DNA of 64,000 nt from an uncultured delta proteobacterium (GTDB lineage: Bacteria; Myxococcota_A; UBA9160; SZUA-336): the NCBI GenBank assembly GCA_963704165.1, contig CAVPHD010000003.1:416001-480000 (forward strand), read 5' to 3'. A program made the translations under genes and the position numbers. The notes beneath the pieces are model-generated. The model searched no databases, was not told where the DNA came from, and saw nothing but the letters and a program-made list of their open reading frames with translations. Each line of letters starts with the position of its first letter. Within the stretch, counting starts at the first letter, position 1. Positions 42,032 to 52,576 of this stretch are shown here, piece by piece.

Positions 42032-42900
42032 AGGGACTCGAGTCCCTCCGGCTGAGTCACGAAGACCGGCTGCGAAGCTCGGCGCAGCACGCGCTCCGCG
42101 ACGCTGCCGAGCAGCATGTGCGCGAGTCCCGTGCGCCCGCGGGTGCCCATCACGATCGCATCGGCCCCGACCTCTCCCGCGGCCTCGATCACGACGGCAT
42201 CGGGCGCACCGTAGCGAATCTCGAGACGCGCATTCGTTCCCGCGAGCGATCCCCGCAGCCTCTCGAACTCCGTTCGCGCCCACTCCTCGGCACGCGGATC
42301 CTCGAGCGGTCGCTCAGGAGCGCCGGCCGAGAGCACGGGCGCAATCGCATGGATCAGCACGAGTTCCCCACCCGGCTCGAGCAGCGTGCGCGCGAGCCGG
42401 AGCGCGGTGAGGGCTGCCGGGGAGTAGTCCGTCGGGACGAGCAGCTTGCGAAGCGGGCCGGGCTTCGGCGATCCCGCGTGCACCGTCAACACCGGACACG
42501 GTGCCAGGCGCGCGGTGCGTTCGGCGACGCTGCCGAGGAGCACGTGCGTGAGCCCGGCTCGGCCCCGCGTTCCGATCGCGATCAGATCCGCCTTCGTTTC
42601 GGTCGCGAGCGCGCAGACGCCACTCGACGGATCCTCGTGCACCACCGTGCACCGGACACGAATCCCATCGCGCCCGAGGCGCGTTGCGAGTTCATCGAGA
42701 AGTCTTTCCGCCTGCTCGCGCGCGTTGCGCAGGTAGTCGGGCGGCACACCGAACGCGTGCGGCCCGGCGGCGAGCGGAACGACGAACACGGACGTCACGA
42801 GCTCCAGATCCGCGTCGAACCGTCGCGCCAGCGCAGCCGCCCACTCGAGCGCGCGCTCCGCGTGCTCGGAGAAATCCGTCGCGACGAGAACTCGCTTCAT
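42028..42900 (-). CDS. Tandem universal stress protein
   Basis: VLVATDFS and two GTRGR.GL.H.LLGSVAER motifs. Confidence 0.93.
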   Translation of the reverse strand: MKRVLVATDFSEHAERALEWAAALARRFDADLELVTSVFVVPLAAGPHAFGVPPDYLRNAREQAERLLDELATRLGRDGIRVRCTVVHEDPSSGVCALATETKADLIAIGTRGRAGLTHVLLGSVAERTARLAPCPVLTVHAGSPKPGPLRKLLVPTDYSPAALTALRLARTLLEPGGELVLIHAIAPVLSAGAPERPLEDPRAEEWARTEFERLRGSLAGTNARLEIRYGAPDAVVIEAAGEVGADAIVMGTRGRTGLAHMLLGSVAERVLRRASQPVFVTQPEGLESL

Positions 42901-42991
42901 GTCGTGACTCCCTCGCTCGTGCGGAGAGAAGGTGGGAACGGACGCGCTCGGAGAGTGGGGGGGAGTGAGGTGGAGCGCGCCCGTCCGCACC

Positions 42992-43429
42992 TCACTTGAT
43001 CGAGATCTGTTTCGGCTTGACCTCTTCCTTCTTCGGGACCTCGATCGCGAGGACCCCGTCCTTGAAGCTGGCCTTCAGCTCTTCCCCGACCGCGATCGGC
43101 GGCAGCGTGAACGAGCGGCTGAACGATCCGTAGGTCCGCTCGATCCAATGCTTCCGATCCTTCTTCTCCTCGCGTTCGCTCTTCTTCTCGCCGCGAATCG
43201 TGAGGACGTTCTCGTGTATCTCGACGGTGACGTCGTCCTTCTTCACGCCGGGTAGCTCGACGGTGATCGAGTAGGACTTCTCGTCCTCCGACACGTCCAC
43301 CGCCGGCGCGAGGCGCTCGGGGTGCTGCGCCGGTGTGTTCCACGCTCGGAGGAAACGTTCCGGCGAGAAGAAATCCTCACCGAACGGACTCCACAGACCG
43401 ACATCTCGCCTTGGACTTTCCTTCGCCAT
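42992..43429 (-). CDS. Hsp20/alpha-crystallin small heat-shock protein
   Basis: PAVDVSE, ELPGV, ERTYGSFSRSFTLP, FKDGVL, QISIK. Confidence 0.95.
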   Translation of the reverse strand: MAKESPRRDVGLWSPFGEDFFSPERFLRAWNTPAQHPERLAPAVDVSEDEKSYSITVELPGVKKDDVTVEIHENVLTIRGEKKSEREEKKDRKHWIERTYGSFSRSFTLPPIAVGEELKASFKDGVLAIEVPKKEEVKPKQISIK

Positions 43430-43482
43430 GATGACTCCTCGAAAAAAGGGTTCAATCGACTTCTAAGCTCGAACTCGACGAG

Positions 43483-43498
43483 AGCAAGTGGCCCGCCG
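43483..43498 (-). promoter_or_regulatory. Possible sigma54 promoter for hsp20-USP
   Basis: CGGCGGGCCACTTGCT on minus strand. Confidence 0.5.
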
Positions 43499-43521
43499 AT
43501 GAACTCGAGAGGGTCTCCGCT

Positions 43522-44463
43522 ATGTTCCGGTCGATGGACGAGAAGGACCCGTACGTGTTGCTCGGCGTGGCGCGCACCGCGACGGAAGACGAGATCCGCA
43601 AGGCGTACCGGAAGCTCGCCCGGAAATACCACCCGGACGTGAATCCGAACGATCGGAAGGCGGAAGAGCGCTTCAAGGACATCTCGTTCGCCTACGAGGT
43701 GCTCTCCGACAAGGAAAAGCGCGCGCGCTACGACGAGTTCGGCACCCAGAGTTTCGCCCAGGGCTTCGATCCCGGTCAGGCACGCGAGTACGCCCGCTGG
43801 TCGCGCGGTGCGAGGCGAAGTCCGTTCCACGCGAGTTCCGCCGCCGACGTGGACGTCGACATCGAGGACCTGCTCGGCGGACTCTTCGGCGGTGCGCGAC
43901 GACCACGCGGTCCGACTAGGGGCAACGATGCCGACGGAGAGATCGCGATCGACTTCCTCGACGCCGTGCGCGGCGGCGAGGTGCGCGTGCAGGTGACCGG
44001 GCGCGGGGCACTTCGCGTCAAGATCCCGCCCGGCGCGGACACCGGTACGCGAATTCGGCTCGCCGGTCAGGGGGATGCCGGCGTGCTCGGAGGGCCGCCC
44101 GGAGACCTCTTCCTGACGCTGCGCGTGCGTCCACACCCGATCTTCACCCGGAACGGCAGCGATCTCTCACTCGACCTGCCGGTGACGCTTCCCGAGCTGG
44201 TGCTCGGCGCATCGATCGAGGTACCGACGCCCGACGGCCCGGTGACGATGCGCGTCCCGGCAGGCTCCGGGAATGGCCGCGTGCTGCGGCTCCGCGCCAA
44301 GGGTGTGGCAAAGCTCGGTTCCGCCGATCGCGGAGACATCTACGTTCGATTGATCGCGGAGCTTCCCGATCCCGCGGATCCGCGGCTCGAGGCGATCGCG
44401 AAGGAACTCGAGCCGCTGTACGAAGGACGCGACGTGCGCGCCCGGCTGAAGGGAACCTCATGA
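43522..44463 (+). CDS. cbpA: DnaJ-class chaperone lacking zinc finger (CbpA-like)
   Basis: J domain with HPD, G/F linker, C-terminal GGPPGDL; start may be ATG 43534. Confidence 0.88.
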   Translation: MFRSMDEKDPYVLLGVARTATEDEIRKAYRKLARKYHPDVNPNDRKAEERFKDISFAYEVLSDKEKRARYDEFGTQSFAQGFDPGQAREYARWSRGARRSPFHASSAADVDVDIEDLLGGLFGGARRPRGPTRGNDADGEIAIDFLDAVRGGEVRVQVTGRGALRVKIPPGADTGTRIRLAGQGDAGVLGGPPGDLFLTLRVRPHPIFTRNGSDLSLDLPVTLPELVLGASIEVPTPDGPVTMRVPAGSGNGRVLRLRAKGVAKLGSADRGDIYVRLIAELPDPADPRLEAIAKELEPLYEGRDVRARLKGTS

Positions 44464-44753
44464 CCTACTACACGCGCAGGCAGGTCTTCGAGCTGCTCGA
44501 GGTCGATGAGGTCTTTCTGGTTTCGCTCGAACGCGAAGACATCGTACTCCGAGACGCGCCGCCCGAGGCCGAGGGCGAGTACTCCGAACGCATGCTCGAG
44601 CGAATCCGTGTCGCGCAGAACCTGGTTCGGGATCTCGAGGTGAACCTCCCCGGTGTCGCCGTGATCGTGCGGCTCCGCGAAGAGATGGTCGGCCTGCGAC
44701 GACACATGGAGGACCTGCTCGGTCAGCTCGCGCAAAAGCCCCGCACCCGATAG
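44460..44753 (+). CDS. cbpM: Chaperone modulator CbpM (MerR-like)
   Basis: ATGA overlap; [18 protein letters not shown]. Confidence 0.8.
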   Translation: MTYYTRRQVFELLEVDEVFLVSLEREDIVLRDAPPEAEGEYSERMLERIRVAQNLVRDLEVNLPGVAVIVRLREEMVGLRRHMEDLLGQLAQKPRTR

Positions 44754-44827
44754 CCGATACACGTCGGAGGAACATCACGCCTTCGAGGTGTCGAACGCTC
44801 CGCAATGCGGCCGCAGCCGAACGCGGC

Positions 44828-45966
44828 GTGAAGCTCGATCGCGCGGAAGATCTCTTCTCGGCGGTGCACGTGACCCTGTCGCGGTCACGGCCCCGCGTCT
44901 ACCAGAATCGGCGTCGCCTGATCCCGATCTCGCGCGTCGACGACACCCTGCTTGTGGTCTCCTGCGACCCGGACGCGGATGTGCGCGAACTCGGGAATGC
45001 GCTCGACGCGACCCGCGTCGAGTTGCGGCTGATCACCCCGACGGACTTCCGGCGCCTGCAATGGGCGATCGATCTCGGTCCGCTTCCCTCCGCCCGCGGG
45101 AGGATGCGCGGCCGGCCGCACGGGACCGACCTGCTCGAGCACGACGTGCGCATGCAGCCCGAACACCTCTCGGGTGGCTCGATTCGCTCTTCGTGGACGC
45201 CGTCGGTGAGCGCGCGAGCGATCTCCACATCGAGCGCTACGGATCTCGAATTCGAGTCCGCCTGCGCGTGGACGGAGATCTGCACGACGTCGCGCCTACC
45301 GACGGCATCCCGATCAGTTCTTGATCAGCGTCGAGGATCCCATCGAATACGCGATCGAGGACGTCCAGCAGACGCAGGTGAACCCGGCCGTCGGCTTCGA
45401 GTTCGCGCAGGCGATGCGCTCCTTCGTCCGCCAGGATCCGGATGTGATTCTCGTCGGCGAGATTCGCGACCCCGAGACCGCGCTCGAGGCTCTGCGCGCA
45501 TCGCAGACCGGCCACCTCGTCTTGTCCACCATCCACGCGAACGACGCGGTCGATGCGGTGCAGCGGTTCTTCGATCGCGGCCGAGCTGCTCGCGGTCTTC
45601 TCTCAGCGGCTCGCGAAACGGATCTGTGTCGCCTGTCGGGAGCCGAGCGAGGCCGATCCCGAGCTCCTGCACGAGGTCTTTCCGCTCGGTGTGCCGGCGG
45701 AATTCCGCTGCTACCGAGGGCGCGGCTGCGAGCGTTGCCGAGAACGCGGCAGCCATGGCCGAATGGCGCTCGGCGAGTTCATGCCCAGCTCGCGCGATCT
45801 GCGCCTCGCGATCTCGCGACACGCGCCTCTCGACGAGCTCCGCTCGATCGAACGCCGCGCGGGTCTCCTGTCCGTGCGCGAGAGCGCACTGGTCGCCGTG
45901 CAGGCGGGAACGATCGCCTTCGAGGAGCTGCCCTCGTTGTTCTCGCAGGAGCTGCTCGCGGGCTGA
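44828..45966 (+). pseudogene. GspE/PilB-family ATPase remnant with internal deletion and frameshifts
   Basis: [15 protein letters not shown] jumps directly to [32 protein letters not shown] and CVAC..CERC present; Walker A absent. Confidence 0.8.
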
Positions 45967-46016
45967 ATCCGGCGCGGCTTGACTTCTTTCGTCGCCGGTA
46001 CACAGTGAATTCGCAG

Positions 46017-47303
46017 ATGAGCGCGCTGGACGACCGGCAGATCCGCCTCGCCTTCCTGGAGATCGGCGAAGAGGACATCGAGAACCTCCAGAGCCTCAAG
46101 CCCGTGCTCGAGAAGCACTCGGAAGGGTTCGTTTCCGCCTTCTACCGCCACCTGCTCTCGTTCGAGGAGACGCACCGGCTTCTCGCCGATCCCGAGGTCA
46201 AGAACCGGCTGCTGGTGGCTCAGCGCGAGTACCTGCTCTCGCTCGCGAGCCCGTCCTTCGACGACGCCTACTTCCAAGGGCGACGGGAGATCGGCATCAC
46301 CCACATGCGCGTCGGACTCGAGCCGCGCTGGTATCTCGGTGCCTACGCCCTGTACCAACGTCTGCTCGTGCCCCTGATCTGGGAGCACCACCGGGGCAAC
46401 TCGGCGTTGGCCGAGCGGATCGTGATCTCTCTTCACAAGCGGCTCATGCTCGACGCCCAGCTCGCCATGGAGTCGTACATCGAGCACCGCGAAGAGCGGC
46501 TCTCCTTTCTCAACTCCGAGCTGGCAGCGACCTCGCGCGATCTCGGCCGCCGCTACGATCGAGAGCAGGAACGCCTGCGCGAAGTATCGGCGCGCGCGCG
46601 GGCGGCGGAAGAGCTCGCATCGATCGCAACCATCGTCGCCGGGCTGGCGCACGAGATCGGAACGCCGATGGGCGTGATCCAAGGTCACGCCGAGCTGCTC
46701 GAGTCGTCGGTCAGCGACGATCGCGGCCTTCACCGGCTGCGCACGATACGGGAGCAGATCGAACGCATCTCCGACATCATGCAGACGCTGCTCAACATGG
46801 CTCGTCCGCACGAGAAGGAGCACGTTCCCGTCGATCTCTCGGGAATCATTCGAGGAACGGTCGCGTTCCTCTCGGAAAAGCTTCGCGTGCACGACATCAC
46901 GACCACGCTCGACCTGCCGCCACGCGTCGCCTTGCGCGGCAATCACGACAAGCTGCAACAGCTCTTCATCAACCTCGTGATGAATTCAGTGGACGCGATG
47001 CCCGACGGCGGCAAGCTCGGGATCTCGATCGCGGCCGAGGGTGCGGAGACCATCGAGGTCCGGGTGCGCGACAACGGACACGGCATGCCGCCCGAGGTCA
47101 TCGATCGCGTCTTCGAGCCCTTCTTCACCACCAAGCCCGCAGGACGCGGAAGTGGCCTCGGGCTGATCGTCGCGAAGGGGATCGTCTCGGACCACGGCGG
47201 AACGATCAGCGTCGAGAGCGCACCGGGGCGCGGCACCGAGTTCACGATCGTCTTTCCGCGCGGAGACGCTCAGTCCGAGGCGTCCTCGAAGTCCGGCGCA
47301 TAG
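46017..47303 (+). CDS. Globin-coupled sensor histidine kinase
   Basis: Sensor globin ([28 protein letters not shown]), H-box AHEIGTP, N-box, [14 protein letters not shown]. Confidence 0.92.
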   Translation: MSALDDRQIRLAFLEIGEEDIENLQSLKPVLEKHSEGFVSAFYRHLLSFEETHRLLADPEVKNRLLVAQREYLLSLASPSFDDAYFQGRREIGITHMRVGLEPRWYLGAYALYQRLLVPLIWEHHRGNSALAERIVISLHKRLMLDAQLAMESYIEHREERLSFLNSELAATSRDLGRRYDREQERLREVSARARAAEELASIATIVAGLAHEIGTPMGVIQGHAELLESSVSDDRGLHRLRTIREQIERISDIMQTLLNMARPHEKEHVPVDLSGIIRGTVAFLSEKLRVHDITTTLDLPPRVALRGNHDKLQQLFINLVMNSVDAMPDGGKLGISIAAEGAETIEVRVRDNGHGMPPEVIDRVFEPFFTTKPAGRGSGLGLIVAKGIVSDHGGTISVESAPGRGTEFTIVFPRGDAQSEASSKSGA

Positions 47304-47737
47304 GCCGCGCGCAAGAGATCGCTCTCGGTGACGAGCCCGATCAGCTTGTCGATTTCGGTACCGGTCCCGACGACCGGCAGGAAGCCGATCTTGAGCCGGA
47401 GCATGCGGCGCGCGGCATCTCCGAGCGTGGTGCTCTCGGTCGCGGTGTAGGGCTCGCGGTGCATCACCTCGGCGATCGTGATGCCGCGGAGGTATTCCAT
47501 GCGCTCCCCCGACTCACGCTCCTCGAGCCGGGCGATCGACGCGTGAAGGATGTCTCGGTGCGAGAGCACCCCGACCAGGCAGCCCTCTTCGACGACCGGA
47601 AGGTGCCGGATCCGAGCCAGCCGCATGATCCGATCGGCGTCGAGCAGGCTCTCCCCCGGTCCCACGCTGACGAAATGCCTTCGCACCAACGTGCCCACGG
47701 CATCCTCAGCTCGCCCGATCTGCTTTCGCCGCTTCAC
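47270..47737 (-). CDS. CBS-pair protein
   Basis: [35 protein letters not shown]. Confidence 0.9.
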   Translation of the reverse strand: MKRRKQIGRAEDAVGTLVRRHFVSVGPGESLLDADRIMRLARIRHLPVVEEGCLVGVLSHRDILHASIARLEERESGERMEYLRGITIAEVMHREPYTATESTTLGDAARRMLRLKIGFLPVVGTGTEIDKLIGLVTESDLLRAAYAPDFEDASD

Positions 47738-47778
47738 CGGAATCCCTCGCCCGCCCACCGCTGAATCAGGCGATGCCG

Positions 47779-47794
47779 TGCATTCCCCATGCCG
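47779..47794 (-). promoter_or_regulatory. Sigma54 promoter for CBS gene
   Basis: CGGCATGGGGAATGCA on minus strand. Confidence 0.6.
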
Positions 47795-47837
47795 CCGGAT
47801 TCGCATGCGCTACGGATGCCGTGGATTCGCCAAGAAC

Positions 47838-47852
47838 GTGTCAATTTGGCAC
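47838..47852. promoter_or_regulatory. Palindrome, candidate enhancer-binding-protein site
   Basis: GTGTCA-ATT-TGGCAC between two divergent sigma54 motifs. Confidence 0.55.
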
Positions 47853-47909
47853 GATGAGGCATTGGTGCGCATATCCGGCGTGCGGTCTGCCCGGATCGGC
47901 GGATTCGTC

Positions 47910-47925
47910 TGGCATGGCCTCTGCT
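47910..47925 (+). promoter_or_regulatory. Sigma54 promoter for the NtrC-type regulator
   Basis: TGGCATGGCCTCTGCT, GG-N10-GC. Confidence 0.65.
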
Positions 47926-47938
47926 ACTTGGAGCAAGG

Positions 47939-49342
47939 ATGGGAGAACCTCGGACGGTCCTGGTCGTCGATGACGAGCCGGCGATGCGAGAGATGCTGGT
48001 CTCACTCCTCGAGGAGGAGGGCATCCGAGCGCGCCCCGCGGGCAACGCGGATGAGGCACTCGAGGCCACGCGAGATACCGATTTCGACGCCGTCGTATCC
48101 GACATCCGCATGCCGGGCCGCGATGGGATCGCGCTGCTCGCCGAGCTGCGCCAAGAGCGCCCCGACACCCCGGTGATCCTGATGACGGCGTTCGGGAGCA
48201 TCGACTCCGCCGTGGACGCGATGCGCAGCGGCGCCTTCGACTACATCACCAAGCCGTTCAAGCGGGGCGCGGTGCTCGCGTCTCTCGAGCGGGCGTTCGA
48301 GCGACGCGCCCTCGAACAGGAGAACCGCCGGCTTCGGCGGGCCCTCGACAAGACCTCCGCGTTCGGCGACCTGATCGGCGCGAGCCCCGCCATGCACGAG
48401 ATCTTCGCCTTGATCCGGAAGATCTCGAGCAGCCGGTCGAACGTCCTGATCACGGGGGAGAGCGGTACCGGCAAGGAAGTGGTCGCGCGCACGATCCACT
48501 TCACCGGTGCGCGCGCCCAGGCGCCGTTCGTCCCGATCAACTGCACCGCGATGCCCGAGGGACTGCTCGAGAGCGAGCTCTTCGGCCACGTGCGCGGCGC
48601 CTTCACGGGCGCCCACGCGACCAAGCGCGGGCTCTTCGAGGAGGCCAACTCCGGCACGATCTTCCTCGACGAGATCGGCGACATGAGCCCCGCGTTGCAG
48701 AGCAAGCTGCTGCGCGTGCTCCAGGATCAGGAAATCCGGCCGGTCGGGGGCAACAAGGCCGTGCACGTCGATGTGCGCGTGATCGCGGCGACGAACAAGG
48801 ACCTCAAGAAGGAGATCAGCGAGGGCCGCTTCCGCCAGGATCTCTTCTACCGCCTGAACGTGATCGCCATCCACATCCCTCCGCTCCGCGAGCGCCCGGA
48901 GGACATCGCGCCGCTGGCGTTGGCCTTCCTCGAGCGGCACGCCGCGAACCGGCGGGTCTCTCTATCGCGCCCCGCGCTCGAAGCCCTGAAGCATCAACCC
49001 TGGGAAGGCAACGCGCGAGAGCTCGAGAACGCCCTCGAGCGCGCCCTGCTGCTCGCCTCGGACGACGAGATCCAAGTCTCCGACCTGCCGTCGTTCGGCG
49101 ACTCGCCGCGAGCCGACGGAGACTCGGATCGGCCGGAGCGCGGCCTGCTCGCGGCAGCCGTCGAGAAGCAGATGTCCCTCCGGGAGCTCTCGGATCTCTA
49201 CACCCAGCGGGTTCTCGACCTGGTTCACGGCAACAAGGTGCGGGCAGCTCGCATACTCGGCATCAATCGGCGTACCCTGTACAGGCGCGGCGAAACACGA
49301 CAGCGTGAGGCAGCGCGCAACGCCAGCAGGGAGACAAAATGA
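47939..49342 (+). CDS. Sigma54-dependent response regulator (REC-AAA+-HTH, NtrC/AtoC family)
   Basis: [63 protein letters not shown]. Confidence 0.96.
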   Translation: MGEPRTVLVVDDEPAMREMLVSLLEEEGIRARPAGNADEALEATRDTDFDAVVSDIRMPGRDGIALLAELRQERPDTPVILMTAFGSIDSAVDAMRSGAFDYITKPFKRGAVLASLERAFERRALEQENRRLRRALDKTSAFGDLIGASPAMHEIFALIRKISSSRSNVLITGESGTGKEVVARTIHFTGARAQAPFVPINCTAMPEGLLESELFGHVRGAFTGAHATKRGLFEEANSGTIFLDEIGDMSPALQSKLLRVLQDQEIRPVGGNKAVHVDVRVIAATNKDLKKEISEGRFRQDLFYRLNVIAIHIPPLRERPEDIAPLALAFLERHAANRRVSLSRPALEALKHQPWEGNARELENALERALLLASDDEIQVSDLPSFGDSPRADGDSDRPERGLLAAAVEKQMSLRELSDLYTQRVLDLVHGNKVRAARILGINRRTLYRRGETRQREAARNASRETK

Positions 49343-50232
49343 TGCAGATCAAGACGATCCTCGTCCCGACCGACTTCTCGGAACACGCGGAGAAGGCGCT
49401 CGAGACGGCTGGAATCCTGTCCAAGCCGTTGGGGGCGACGATCCATCTGCTCCACGTCCTGCATCTGCCCGTGCAGGCCGTGACTCCCGAAATGGCCGTG
49501 GTGCCGGTCGGCTTCTGGCAGGATTTGCGAGCGCACGCCGAGCGAAAGCTCGACGAGTCCCGCAAAGCGATCGAGAAGCAGGGCGTGCGCTGCGCGACCG
49601 AGGTCGTCGAGGACATCCCCGGGTTCGCGATCGCGGCTGCCGCCAAGCGTGCGAACGCGGACCTGATCGTGATGGGAAGCCGGGGCTTGACGGGCATCAA
49701 GCACGCGATTCTCGGCTCGGTTGCGGAGCGCACCGTGCGCAGCGCTCCGTGTCCCGTGCTGACCGTGAAGCAGGACGACAGCGGCGCGCTCCGGCTGCGG
49801 ACGATCGTCGTGCCGATGGATTTCTCGCCCGCGTCGCATCGCGCGCTCGACTTCGCCAAGGAGCTCGCCAAGGCGGCAGGACCGGCGCACCTGATCCTGG
49901 TGCACGCGTACTACGTCCCGATCGAGCTCGAGCAGTTCTTGATCCAGCAGGGCGATCCGGTCATGGAACGACTTTCGGAGAGCGTGACGAAGGACCTCGA
50001 GAAGATGCTCACCGGACTGCAGGACGCCGGGATCTCGTCGGAGTACGTGGCGAGCCGAGGCGCGCCGGAACGTCTGATCGTCGAGCTGGCCAAACAGAAG
50101 CACGCCGATTTGATCGTGATGGGCACGCACGGTCGCCGAGGGCTGACGCACCTGCTGCTCGGCAGCGTCGCCGAGCGGGTCGTACGCACCGCCGACTGCG
50201 CCGTCATGACGGTGCAGGAGAAGAAGGGCTGA
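49339..50232 (+). CDS. Tandem universal stress protein
   Basis: ILVPTDFS, MGSRG..LGSVAER, MGTHGRRG..LGSVAER; ATGA overlap with regulator. Confidence 0.94.
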   Translation: MMQIKTILVPTDFSEHAEKALETAGILSKPLGATIHLLHVLHLPVQAVTPEMAVVPVGFWQDLRAHAERKLDESRKAIEKQGVRCATEVVEDIPGFAIAAAAKRANADLIVMGSRGLTGIKHAILGSVAERTVRSAPCPVLTVKQDDSGALRLRTIVVPMDFSPASHRALDFAKELAKAAGPAHLILVHAYYVPIELEQFLIQQGDPVMERLSESVTKDLEKMLTGLQDAGISSEYVASRGAPERLIVELAKQKHADLIVMGTHGRRGLTHLLLGSVAERVVRTADCAVMTVQEKKG

Positions 50233-50233
50233 T

Positions 50234-51011
50234 TCAGCCGAACTTGCCGCGGATGTAGTCTTCGGTCGCCCGCACGCGCGGCTTCACGAAGAGTTCACCC
50301 GTCTCGCCGAACTCGATCACCCGGCCGAGGTACATGAAGGCCGTGTAGTCGGAGACGCGCGCGGCCTGTTGCATGTTGTGAGTCACGATCACGATCGTGT
50401 AGCGCTCGGAGAGCTCGCGCATCAGCTCTTCGATCTTCTGTGTGGCGATCGGGTCGAGCGCGGAGCACGGCTCGTCGAGCAGGATCACCTCGGGCTCGAC
50501 CGCGATCGCGCGCGCGATGCAGAGCCGCTGCTGTTGTCCGCCCGAGAGGCCGAGCGCGCTCTCGCGCAGCCGGTCCTTCACCTCGTCCCAGAGGCCCGCT
50601 CCCACGAGGCTCCGCTCGACGATCTCGTCGAGTCCCGCGCGCGAGCCGAGCCCGTGGATGCGACAGCCGTAGGCGACGTTCTCGTAGATCGATTTCGGGA
50701 ACGGATTGGACTTCTGGAACACCATGCCGATCCGGCGCCGCAGCGCGAAGACGTCCACTTCCGGATCGAAGATGCTGCTCCCGTGAAAGAGCAGCTGCCC
50801 TTCCACGCGCGCCCCATCGATCAGGTCGTGCATGCGGTTGATGCAGCGCAGCAGCGTGGACTTCCCGCATCCCGACGGGCCGATCAGGGCGGTGATCTCG
50901 CGCTCGGGAACGTCGAGGCTGACGTCCTTCAGAGCCTGCGACGCGCCGTACCAGAACGAGAGCTCCTCTCGCGCTCAGGATCGGCTTCTCGATCACCGGT
51001 GCCGTCGTCAC
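50234..51011 (-). CDS. pstB: Phosphate ABC transporter ATPase, frameshift near 50968
   Basis: [40 protein letters not shown]. Confidence 0.93.
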
Positions 51012-52573
51012 ATCGCGCTCCCGGCGTACTTCCGCCGCAGGTGATTGCGAATCAGGATCGCCGTCAGGTTGGTCGAGAGGACGACGAGGATCAAGAGCAA
51101 CGCGGTCGCGAAGACCAACGGGCGGACGGCTTCGATGTTCGGACTCTGAAAGCCGACGTCGTAGATGTGGAAGCCGAGGTGCATGAATTTGCGCTCGAGG
51201 TGAAGGAACGGGAACTCGAGGTCGAGCGGCAGGCTCGGAGCGAGCTTGACCATTCCGACGATCATGAGCGGCGCGACTTCTCCTGCCGCGCGCGCCATCG
51301 CGAGGATCAAGCCCGTCAGCACACCGGGCAGCGCGGCCGGCAATACGACACGCCAGAGTGTCTCGAGCTTGGTCGCGCCGAGCGCGAGAGATCCCTCCCG
51401 GACCACGCGCGGTACGGCCGCAAGACCTTCCTCGGTCGCGACGACGACGACCGGGACCGTGAGGAGCGCGAGCGTCAGGCTCGCCCACAAGATCCCTCCG
51501 GTGCCAAACGTCGGCGTCGGCAGTCGATCGGAGAAGAAGAGCGCGTCGAGCGAGCCGCCCACCATGTACACGAAGAAGCCGAGTCCGAAGACGCCGAAGA
51601 CGATCGACGGTACGCCGGCCAGGCTGTTCACCGCGATCCGCACGCAGCGAACGACCAGACCCTGGTGCGCGTATTCTCGCAGGTACAGCGCCGTGAGCAC
51701 GCCGAACGGTGCGACGGCCAGACTCGTGAGCAGCACCATCAACACCGTGCCGAAGATCGCGGGGAAGATTCCCCCCTCCGTGTTGGATTCGCGCGGCTCG
51801 CCGGCGAGGAATTCCCAGAGCCGCGATGCGTAGAGCGCGAGCTTGCCGCTCGTGCCCAGTGCGTTCGCACGCACTGCCCGAACGACGTGAGCGAGCGGAA
51901 TCGAGGCTTCGCGTCCGTCGCTGGTGCGCATCACGAGTCGATCCGAGAGCAACGCCGTCTCGCGCTCCACGAGCTGGTTCGCCGATTCCTCGTAGCGGGC
52001 TTGCAGGCCCGTGACGTCGCGGTCCTCGCGGCGCAGTCGCTCGATCTCGCGGTTCAGCCCGCGGATCTCGGCGCGAAGCGTGTCGACGTTCTCGTCGCGC
52101 TCGTCGCGCTTCGCGCGAAGGCGTCGCGGAAGCTCGGCCCAGACCGAGTCGGCGCCCTCGACGAGCGTCTGCTCGCCGTGCCGGATCGCGATCGGAAAGC
52201 CGTGAAAGTGGCCCCACGAATCGCGCTCGAGGACGGCAGCGTCGCGCGGCCAGGTCTCGGCTTCGACGTCGGACAGGTCGATCCAGCGGAAGTCCGCGCC
52301 GCCGAGGTCGCGATTGCCGACCGCGACTCGAATCCGCTCGCGCGGCTGGCCCAAGGCATCGCGATCGATCTCGCGACCGACGATCTCGCCGAGCAGCGTC
52401 GTTCCGTCGCGAAGCGAGAGCGAGGCGAGGTCGGCCTGCCAGAAATGACCGAGCCCGTTCACGGCGACGAGCGCAAGCAGGCCGACGACGAGAAGCAGGT
52501 TCGAAGCCAACGCCCCCGCCGTGAGCGCGATCATCGCGTCCCCGCCCGCGCCTCGTCGAAATCCGAAGGCCAC
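51008..52573 (-). CDS. pstA: Phosphate ABC transporter permease (long form)
   Basis: PRESNTEGGIFPAIFGT, LAGVPSIVFG, ARAAGEVAPL. Confidence 0.93.
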   Translation of the reverse strand: MAFGFRRGAGGDAMIALTAGALASNLLLVVGLLALVAVNGLGHFWQADLASLSLRDGTTLLGEIVGREIDRDALGQPRERIRVAVGNRDLGGADFRWIDLSDVEAETWPRDAAVLERDSWGHFHGFPIAIRHGEQTLVEGADSVWAELPRRLRAKRDERDENVDTLRAEIRGLNREIERLRREDRDVTGLQARYEESANQLVERETALLSDRLVMRTSDGREASIPLAHVVRAVRANALGTSGKLALYASRLWEFLAGEPRESNTEGGIFPAIFGTVLMVLLTSLAVAPFGVLTALYLREYAHQGLVVRCVRIAVNSLAGVPSIVFGVFGLGFFVYMVGGSLDALFFSDRLPTPTFGTGGILWASLTLALLTVPVVVVATEEGLAAVPRVVREGSLALGATKLETLWRVVLPAALPGVLTGLILAMARAAGEVAPLMIVGMVKLAPSLPLDLEFPFLHLERKFMHLGFHIYDVGFQSPNIEAVRPLVFATALLLILVVLSTNLTAILIRNHLRRKYAGSAM

Positions 52574-52576
52574 GCG

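Noticed and set aside
43430..43521. CIRCE or HAIR operator between hsp20 and cbpA
   Set aside because: No match to TTAGCACTC-N9-GAGTGCTAA or CTTGAGT-N7-ACTCAAG
45321..47303. 660-aa ORF suggesting a GspE ATPase-globin kinase fusion
   Set aside because: GspE similarity leaves this frame at ~45572 and ends in another frame at 45966; the intervening translation is Arg-rich shadow sequence
47847..47861. TGGCACGATGAGGCA as a sigma54 promoter
   Set aside because: GG-to-GC spacing is 9, not 10; it is better explained as half of the 47838-47852 palindrome
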